A stretch of DNA of 64,000 bases from Octopus bimaculoides (taxonomy: Eukaryota). Shown one piece after another: positions 55,249 to 64,000 of the stretch. Each line of letters opens with the position of its first letter. Position 1 is the first letter of the stretch. The stretch lies in the NCBI RefSeq assembly GCF_001194135.2, contig NC_068982.1, positions 173,013,333-173,077,332 on the forward strand, in the 5' to 3' direction. The notes beneath the pieces were generated by a model that was given only the letters and a program-made list of their open reading frames with translations, searched no databases and had not been told where the DNA came from. The position numbers were made by a program, and so were the translations under genes.

Positions 55249-57087
55249 ATGTCCATGCTGGCATGGGTTGCATCGTTTGACTGGAAGGCTGTGCCAGGCT
55301 CCAGTCTGATTTGGCATAGTTTTCTAAGGCTGGATGTCCTTTCTAATGCCAACTACTCCAAGAATGTAATGGGTGCCATTTGTGTGACACTGGTATCTGC
55401 CACAACTGTGATTTTGCTTGGCTTGATGGGTCTCTTTTCAAGCACTACATAATGCCAAAGGTCTTGGTCATTGCCTCCATGAGGCCCAACACTCGAAAGG
55501 AACTTGGCCACTTTTCTTCTGTGAGGCCCAACGCTTGAAAGGAACTCACCTGCCTCACCTCCGTAAGGCCCAACACTTGAAAGGTACTCAGTATCAATAA
55601 AATAAAGTACTAGTTGAGTACTGGCTCAATATATTCAAGTAATCCCCTCTTGTTAAAAGCTGTTGGCTTTGTGCCAAAATTTGGAAAAAATTATTGATNN
55701 NNNNNNNNAGATAAATGAGGAATGTTGTATTGAATGCCATCCAGAGAAATTTTGTGATTTGAAATTTTTCACTTAGTTTAAGAAAAAAAAAAATGCATAG
55801 CACTGTTTGTGATTTACTAAAATGGAAGATAATTTCAAGAAATGAAGACCTTATCTCTCAAAGTTAATTTACTTTAGGGCAGAGCTTTGCCTTCATTTTT
55901 AGGCAAGGGACAATTATGGACATGTTTCAATCTATCAAACTTCATCTGTACTGGTTTTCATTGTTCATCTATCTTCCAATCTATGCAGATGTCTCTGAAC
56001 AGTAAATATTGTGCATCTTCTATTCTATATGTGCAAGTCCATTTCGTGGGTGGTGTACTTGATTGAATACTGGCACATATACACCAGTGGCGTTTATTTA
56101 TCAGTTACCAGATTGAAGAGATAGCAACAAAGCCAGCCTTGGCAGCATTTCACTTCCTCCTCATATACTTACATATATATCAAAGTTTAAAATATGCTTG
56201 GCCTGTATGGCTTTGTGGTTAAGAAGCTTGCTTTACAAACATGTGGTCTTGGGTTCAGTCCCACTGTGTGACACAGAGAGAAAATGTCTTATACAACCCT
56301 GGGTCAAGCAAAGCCTTGTTAGTTTAGATTTGGAAGATGGAAATTGAAAGAAACCTGTAGTGTGTGTGATTGTGTATACCCTTGTCTAGACATCATGTAA
56401 TGGTTGTAAATTATCTTCATTGTCATACAAGTGAGGTTGTTTTGTTTCTAGTCTTCCATGAAAAACATATCTAGCCTTGCTTGGAAACAGGTGGAGGCTG
56501 GCAACAAGAAGGGCATTCAGCTGTAGATAATCTGCCTCAGCAAATTCCATTTGGTTCATGCAAGTACAAAAGAGTGGATTGTAAATGGAGATGATGATAC
56601 AACATGTAACATCTTTGTCACTTTGATTTCCAGAATTGTGGGTTATGTTCCCTTCAGACTGTTATTATATCCTTTCACATTATGTATTTAAATTCTACTC
56701 AGATCAGTTTTGTATTTCATCCTTCTGTTGGTCAGTAGCATAATTACAGGGGTAGTACTTTGGTGCACTGTTATCAACTGACACCTAACCATCTCCAAAA
56801 TGTGTGGCCTTGTATCTTCCCTCTTCATTCTAAGGTGTGCATTCAATTTACGCTTGATATCATCTCTTTTCTTTATATTTTCTTAATTTTATTTCATTAT
56901 TCTTTTAGACATAATCAATCATCATTGTATTTTAATTCCATTTTGTTGTTATTTTATTCTTGTTCTTTTATCATCTTCCAATTCTTTTCTCTCTTCTGAT
57001 TAATTTTCACTCACCACTTTTTTCTCTACCGAAAATTTCTCCACGCTTCACTGTTAATTTTTTTTCTCTCTCTCTTTCTCTTTGCAG

Positions 57088-57307
57088 CTTTGAGGACTCT
57101 AACAGTATGGAGCCGGTGTCGAACCACTATCCGTCGGTGGAATCACGGCAGCTCTCGGCAAACTCTGCTGAGGCCATAAAAAGTCGCAAGAACAAAGAAG
57201 ACAAATACTGCGGAGTCTGTGGGGACCGAGCTCTTGGTTACAACTTTGATGCCATCTCCTGTGAATCATGCAAGGCTTTCTTCCGGAGAAATGCCCCAAA
57301 GGGCTTG
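57088..57307 (+). CDS. HR96: Nuclear receptor NR1J/HR96-like, exon with N-terminal region and first C4 zinc finger
   Basis: Polypyrimidine tract plus ttgcAG acceptor (57086-57087). Translation (S)FEDSNSMEPVSNHYPSVESRQLSANSAEAIKSRKNKEDKYCGVCGDRALGYNFDAISCESCKAFFRRNAPKGL, then GTAACT donor at 57308 (phase 0). The CESCKAFFRRN P-box is typical of NR1J (HR96/DAF-12/NHR-8) rather than VDR/PXR (CEGCKG). First in-exon ATG at 57107. Paralog identity cannot be assigned. Confidence 0.93.
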
Positions 57308-59948
57308 GTAACTATCTCCATTCTTATATTTGAAACTATATCTATTGCTGTGTGTGTCATATGTTCTTCCCTCTGAGTCTATTGCCTGAATTCACAACAA
57401 AATGGCTGTATTTGAACTCAAGACCTTTGGGGTTGTTAGTCCAGTTGTCATATACACCTGAATATTTCACTCATTGTAAAATTTGAGCTCGTTATTGCAA
57501 GTTAGCATAGTATTCATCAATTAAATATACAGTGTTGTTGCTAAAAGTTGAACCAGTTAGTAGACAGACTGGGGCAAGCAGAATTGTAATAGTAGTTAGC
57601 ATACAAGCACATAAACATTTAGAATTCTCCCATTCCATATTCATTGTAGTGTTCCTCTTATCACTGGCAGTCTTATAAATTGCGTGACTTTAGTTGTTGA
57701 GGTTTTTGTGTGGTGTCTAAGTAGATACTCCGATTCAATAGATGCATGGCACATGGCTTGCTGGTTGAATCTTTAGCTGCCACCTACATATTCTAGCATC
57801 ATTAACATCATTAGCCTCATGATCACCATAAGAGCCAGCACACCATACAGTAGATGGGATACAGCAAACTCGTGCTAACAATGTTAGCACAGTAAGCTAC
57901 AAGCTGATGGTATGAAATGTCAATAGTGATGCATGTGTTTCAGTTGTTGTTTAACTCATTGTCTCAGATGTAACTTATGATATCAAGTGTTCCAGTTAAG
58001 ACCATCCTGCCATTCTTGATCAATGTATCTACACTATCCAGTATATCCTCTTTCTTTTTAAATTGTCAAGTGCCTTATGTGAGATTTAACTGCTATTTGC
58101 TGCAGAATTAGTGTCCATGTGGAGACTCCCTCATTGGTGAATTTCATTTGGCCTGAACAAATGATGTACCAAGCTTGGTTAAGTGGGAAATAAATATCTC
58201 TTGCAGTTGGTGTTCTACTGAGTCTGTGATCCCAAGACACTGAAACTCTTGCTGGCCTGGTTCATTTCACTGTTCATTGGTGTAGGCATGAAAAGCTGGT
58301 AATAAATAAGGGGTTTTGTTAGCTTACAGTCATGCGTTGATGCCCTCTCTAAAGATTCACTGTGTTTTCTAGTGAAACCTACCCAAGTTCAGTCATCCCC
58401 ACCTGCATTCAACAGAATGAGGTTAAAACAGAAACTGTAACTTAGAAGGTTTATGGGGGTCACAGCTTAGCATTAAGTAGGTGAAAGATATATCACCTCA
58501 TCTTGTACAGAATGCCAGTCTGTCTCCTGTAGCATTCCCAGACAATACTAAATGTACTAGGACAGTGTTGTTGTTGTAGTGGTAGTAACAGTAGCAGCAT
58601 ACATAAAATGGTGAGGAATGTGAGTTGTCTGTAGTGGAATTGAAGGTTGTCCAATATCCAATCCATTTTGCTGGTGTGCCCCCTACATTATAAATTTTAA
58701 GAAGAAGAAAGGTGAATGTAAACACTGTTTACATAAGCATTCAAGAATACATTCCCAGTTGCACGTACAAATCAACCAATTCTTGCTCAGTAACACACAG
58801 TTTTATATACATATCACATTGCTTCAATCACATTATACCTCTTTTGAATAGACTGGATTGATAGGTCATTGCCGTCTGGGTCACTCTTGTAATGTGTAGA
58901 CATGCTGCCAGTACCATTGTCTTTGTTCATTGTTTACTTTGAAGACACAAATGTCATCAGTGCCTGTTGGCCAGTCCACATATGGACGGTGCTTGGTGGT
59001 GGGTAGCAGTAAATAAACAAACACAAATTATCGTTAAAATAAATTGATTAACCTTAGTTGACAAATAAGTTGGTTATTGAGCATTCTGGCATGTTATGTT
59101 GTTACATAACTTAGAAGTTTGGCTGAAAGTAGTGGGAAAGAATGCATTTCTTGAATTGTTTGCATACTGGTGCTTGTTGTTGTTGTTGTTGTTGTTGTTT
59201 AGTCTCAGGTTGGCTCAGACCCGAGCAGACTTAGGACAAAATGCAATCCTGCTAAAAACCATCACCAGTTCCATTTTTTAAACTCCTGCTTAACATATCT
59301 AGAAATACACTGGCCAATGTTTTCTTCTTTTTTTAAGATGGCAGGCTTTGTTTTGTGAGAAATTTGGCTGTTTTTTCTAACAGATTGACTAAATGCTTTG
59401 CAGATCATGGAATCTCATTGGGGGTTATTGTTGCTGTTTAACCCCAGGCTGGTTCTGACAAAGCAAGACTTATACTTTAAAACATTTCAAAATGTAACAT
59501 TATTTTTTTTTTCATGAGGCATACTTTCTCTTGGACTATACAGTCCAGTGTGTCCTTCCTTTTATTTATCAATGACATGACACTGTGATCTGGGGGATAA
59601 TTAACTACTCTTACCGTCATTTTAAGCAATCACAGAAAGACTCCTGTTGTCAAGGAGTAACAGTCTGAAAACCAAGGTAGTTGAGTGAACTCATTATTAG
59701 ACATCGAACCACAGCAAAGATCCGTATGCGGTCAGTGTCATTGTATTGGTATGTGTGTGTCTGCTTGTATCCTTTTAGGGTCACTATGAAGATGTATGTT
59801 TGTATCCTGTTTGGCAGCGCTGTAGTGGAATGTGAAATCTGTTGACTTGTAGTGCTAAATTCAATACTTTTTGGAAACACTTCTTAGAAAATCTTTCTCT
59901 CTCTCTCAGTATTTATGTCATTTCTTGTTTTAATTTTATTCTCCCCAG

Positions 59949-60115
59949 GATTATTTCAAATGCCCTTACGAAGAAAAATGCAAAATGGATGTGTCCAATC
60001 GGCGATTTTGTAAAAAATGCCGGCTACGAAAATGTTTTGAAATAGGAATGAGAAAAGAATATATTCTTACAGAAGAAGAAAAAATGCGGAAAAGACAAAG
60101 AATTGAGGAAAATAG
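59949..60115 (+). CDS. HR96: Nuclear receptor NR1J/HR96-like, exon with second zinc finger and C-terminal extension
   Basis: ttctccccAG acceptor (59947-59948). Joins in phase 0 to the previous exon: DYFKCPYEEKCKMDVSNRRFCKKCRLRKCFEIGMRKEYILTEEEKMRKRQRIEEN(R). Donor GTACGT at 60116 (phase 2). Missing from the ORF track because there is no upstream start in this frame. Confidence 0.93.
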
Positions 60116-60321
60116 GTACGTACGTCCATAGCATTGTTCACGCTTGGCTCTTACTCCTGTATCATCATCATCATCATCATTGTCGTTTTTATATCCAAAA
60201 CACAAGTTAGTTTTTAAAATGTTTTGTGGCAGAATCAGGAGTGAGGGGATAGAGAACAAACTATTTGCAGGCCACTACAGTAAATGTAACAACATATCAA
60301 TTTATCTTCAGCTTTCAACAG

Positions 60322-60359
60322 AGAGAACTCCACTAATGGAGGCTATGAGCCAGACAGTG
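60322..60359 (+). CDS. Possible 38-nt hinge micro-exon of the nuclear receptor
   Basis: Acceptor tttatcttcagctttcaacAG (60320-60321) is phase-compatible with the preceding phase-2 donor and reads (R)ENSTNGGYEPDS(G), followed by a GTAGGA donor at 60360. No homology support; may be chance. Confidence 0.25.
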
Positions 60360-61971
60360 GTAGGATTTAACTGGGTGACAGCTTAGAGTTTGCAACATGG
60401 ATATCTTTGTTGTATCCTTTCTCCTGTTCTGCATTTATCATCTCACCTGTGCGAGGTCCATATTCTTAATGTCCAAACCAAATAGTTGACAGTTAATGCC
60501 TGCTCATCTTCCTGACTAATGATAATTCAACCTGCAATGACTGGGGTCTCACTTTGGATAATTGTCCCCTGGGTAATTTCCCTAATGAAGAGAAAGCACA
60601 ACAGTGGTGTGCAATTAAATTCTTATATAACTAATTAGGGCTTAGTTTCATACATACACTTGATACATAGAATGACAAATAAAACTTATAAAAAACAAAC
60701 TAATTAAGTATAATAGTATTTATTTGCACTTTCGTGGTTGTGCTTTCTGTTAATTCTCCCTTAATTGGCCAAATGTCTCAGTGACAATTATCCAGGGGTA
60801 ATTATCTGCTGGTTGTTTTCCTTGTTCCCCTTAGTTGGGGTGCTTCTGTTCATTTGTTCTAAATGACAGGAGTTTCCATGTAGTTGATCTCTGATATTTT
60901 TCTCTGTTAGCTTGCAGTATTTTACATTCAAAGCTGAAATCCATCCTCAGTTGACCTTACTTTTTTCCTTGTTGAGGATGGTTCATAATTTGTAGCCTAA
61001 TATATTGTCAGTATCTTGTATGATTTAAACTATAGCTCATGCACAATGCATAACATGCATTATTTTAGGGCGACAAGCTGGCAGAGTCATTAGCATGCCA
61101 GGCAAAATGCTTTGCCGTATTTCGTCTGCTGCTACTTTCTGAGTTCAAATTCTGCCAAGATCAACTTTGCCTTTCATCCTTCGGGGGGTTGATAAATTAA
61201 GTACCAGTGAAATAGTGGGGTCGATGCAATCAACTAGCCCCCTCCCTCAAAATTACAGGCTTTGTGTCTATAGTAGAAAGGATTATTTTAAGACCCTAGT
61301 CCATGATATCTTACTTACCTTCATCTTTTCAATGTTTTGTAAAAGATGTAAAGTATGTCCTGTCTATGAGGTCAGCTATTCTGTTTAGGTGCAGCTACTG
61401 TTATCACTCCTACCATTACCACAGCCTACACCAAAAGAATTCCATTGTATCTCATTTGAACAGCATTTTGCGACATTTAGCTCCAGCTGACATGCTTTGT
61501 TTTTCCAGATGTCACTTCTGTTGCTACTACAACAATCCCTATTCAACCACTACACTCACTACTTAGTGCCTCTCCTTTTCTTGTCATCCCTACAGTGTCT
61601 CACCCACAGTAGATCTCATGCTAATGCTTCACCTCTTCCTAAAATCGCAACACACTAAAATTACTCTCTCTCTACGCCACCCCATAAATGTTGACCTACA
61701 GAAATTTCAAATTTGGAGGATGACTGTGAAAGTATCCAAAGCTATGGATACTGCTCCAATGTTTTGGTTTAATCAATAAAAGTTTTCTTTCTTTTCCTTT
61801 TTCCTTTCTTTCAGTACTAGATATTGCTATGTTACCATGCATAGGTTTTATGATGATGATTATGTATATGTTGGGGTTTATCAGTCATTGGCTGGATTCA
61901 ATTAAATCAACTCCTTTTTCAAATATGTAACTTTGTGTCCAAGTTAGAAATGATTACATTTTTTTCTTGTG

Positions 61972-61974
<3 letters not shown>

Positions 61975-62028
<54 letters not shown>

Positions 62029-62426
62029 CGTGAGGTTGTTGATTAATGATATTGTTGTATCTACCGGGGGTTTGTACTGATTGTCAAGTCACAACAAGGA
62101 CCTCCGACAGACAGTACTTTACACAATATGCGTGCAGTTCCAAGTAACGCCATCTTTTGCAATGCATCTAGATTGTAGCGTATCTCTAAGCTTTTCAGAT
62201 GTTTTTTCAGATTGGGTGGTATTGAACCCAATTGACCGATGACAATAGGGATAACCTTTATCTTAAACTCTCGTTGCTGCCACATCTTAGCAATCTCAAT
62301 TCTCAGGTCTCCATATTTCTCAACCTTTTCTCTTTCTTTCACGTTAATATGTTGATCTCTTGGCACTGCTACTTCGATTATTAGGCACTCTTGTTTGTCC
62401 CTCCTAAAGGTTAGTATATTCGGCCT
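61975..62426 (-). mobile_element. 5'-truncated non-LTR retrotransposon 3' end with restriction-like endonuclease (R4/Dong-like)
   Basis: Translation RPNILTFRRDKQECLIIEVAVPRDQHINVKEREKVEKYGDLRIEIAKMW..VIPIVIGQLGSIP..LQKMALLGTARILCKVLSV matches the PD..(D/E)..K..KY RLE motif and typical C-terminus. Short 3' UTR ends in a (TAA)n tail. Clade is an inference. Confidence 0.8.
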
Positions 62427-62474
62427 TCAGGGACAAACAAGAGTGCCTAATATTATTATTATGATGAAGATGTT

Positions 62475-63166
62475 AAACTGGCAGAACTGTTACTATATCA
62501 GACAAAAAGCTTAACAGCAGTTTTTTCTCATCCTTGACGGCTTGAGTTCAAATTCCAACAAGGTTCACTTTGCCTTTCATCTTTTGTGTTGATGAAATAA
62601 GTATCAGTTGAGCACTGGGGTCGATGTAATCGACTAACCCCCTCTCCTAAAATTTCAGGCCCTCTGCCTTTAGTAGATTGGATTATTAATAAGCTGGTAA
62701 GCTGACATAATAGCACATGGAACAAAATGTATAGTGGCATTTCATCCATCTTAACATTCTTTCTGAGTTCCAATTCCTCCAAGGTCAACTTTACCTTTGA
62801 TCTTTTTGGGGTCGATGAACAACCTTGAAAGTACCAGCTGAGTACTGGAATTGATGTAAATGACTAGGCCCCTTCCACAAAATTTCAGACCTTGTGCCTA
62901 TAATAGAAAATATTATTATTATTATTATTATTATTAAGGTGATAAACTGGCTGAATTGTTAGCGCGCTGGGTGAAATGCTTAGAATATTTCATCTGTGTG
63001 AAGATTCTTAGTTCAAATTCCACCGAGGTCAACTTTGCCTTTCATCCTTTCAGGGTCAATAAATTAATTGCCAGTGAAACACTGGGGGTCAATGTAATTG
63101 ATTATCCCCCCACCCACACACACACCCAAAAAAATATTTTCAGGCCTTGTGCCTTTAGTACAAAGG

Positions 63167-63219
<53 letters not shown>

Positions 63220-63420
63220 GACTGCAAACTGACTAAATCATTAGTACATCTGACAAAATGCATGGCAGCATTTTTTTTCTGGGTCTTTATATTCTGAGTT
63301 CAAATCCCACCAAAGTCAGCTTTGCCTTTTATCCTTTTGGGGTTGATGAAATTAAGTACCATTCAAGTACTGGGCTGGATGTAATTGACCTGCACTCACT
63401 CCTGAAAATTAGGTGGTAAG
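62475..63420 (+). mobile_element. Tandem cluster of four SINE family B copies with (ATT)n spacers
   Basis: Units at about 62475-62680, 62690-62915, 62935-63168 and 63220-63420. Other dispersed B copies at about 28690-28915, 29380-29600, 30105-30560, 33740-33960 and 61065-61285. Confidence 0.8.
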
Positions 63421-63654
63421 GAGGTAGTAGCTGAATAGGGAATACATCAGTTGATGAGTGAAAGGGAGAGAGAGGTGTAGACAATAGTACAGACGTCTGA
63501 TGCATTTGAGTGAAAAAGCTCTGTGCTGCCTGTAGAAGATATTCCATTTCAAGAGACCAAGAGAAATCTGGCGTATGATGATGGTTATGATGAAATCAAT
63601 TTTTAAAGGATACTGGGTATCATAAATGAGTTAATGCAGGGACAGGAAGAATTA

Positions 63655-63960
63655 TCATCATCATCATCATCATCATCGTTTAACGTCCACTTTCCATGCT
63701 AGTATGGGTTGGACGATTTGACTGAGGACTGACAAACCAGATGGCTGCACCAGGCTCCAATCTGATCTGGCAAAGTTTCTACAGCTGGATGTCCTTCCTA
63801 ATGCTAACCACTCCAAGAGTGTAGTGGGTGCTTTTACGTGCCACCGGAACAAGGGCCAGTCCGGCGGTACTGGCAACGGTCACGCTTAAATGGTGTTTTT
63901 TACATGCCACCTGCACAGGAGTCAGTCCAGCGGCACTGGCAATGACCTTGCTCGAATGTT
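63655..63960 (-). mobile_element. SINE-like family C with (GAT)n tail
   Basis: Sense 3' end ..aggaagggcatccagctgtagaaac..ccaacccatgc.agcatggaaa..gacgttaaacgatgatgat. Other copies at about 1150-1240, 21060-21180, 21410-21655, 22065-22105, 28930-29075, 32545-32840 and 55215-55590. Confidence 0.7.
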
Positions 63961-64000
63961 TATATGAATTAATAATTATATTTCCAAAGCATTTCGTTCA

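Noticed and set aside
57872-57890. 9-bp perfect inverted repeat gtgctaaca-a-tgttagcac
   Set aside because: Too short to distinguish from chance.
61510-61612. ttgtttttccAG acceptor as the next receptor exon
   Set aside because: The phase required by the upstream donor reaches a stop after about 18 codons and no good donor is seen.

Overview
AT-rich, microsatellite-dense eukaryotic genomic DNA with about 11 assembly gaps. The repeat content suggests an octopus-type cephalopod (inference). The only recognisable host gene is a + strand NR1J/HR96-type nuclear receptor: two exons (57088-57307, 59949-60115) encode the two C4 zinc fingers of the DNA-binding domain (P-box CESCKA); the ligand-binding exons are not seen and probably lie beyond the window. 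A CpG-retaining domain at about 5.4-10.1 kb may be the promoter/5' region, which would make most of the window a very long first intron. The rest is mobile DNA: at least four SINE-like families, one RTE-type LINE endonuclease remnant and three 3' fragments of restriction-like-endonuclease (R4/Dong-like) LINEs. The most unusual object is a 555-bp palindromic insertion (47345-47899) with a 14-bp target-site duplication. It is built from two head-to-head tRNA-like heads, (AAT)n linkers and a hammerhead-ribozyme-like motif in each arm; a further near-intact minimal hammerhead lies at 10917-10956. Almost all ORFs in the supplied track are microsatellite or gap artefacts. SINE coordinates are approximate and were read by eye.
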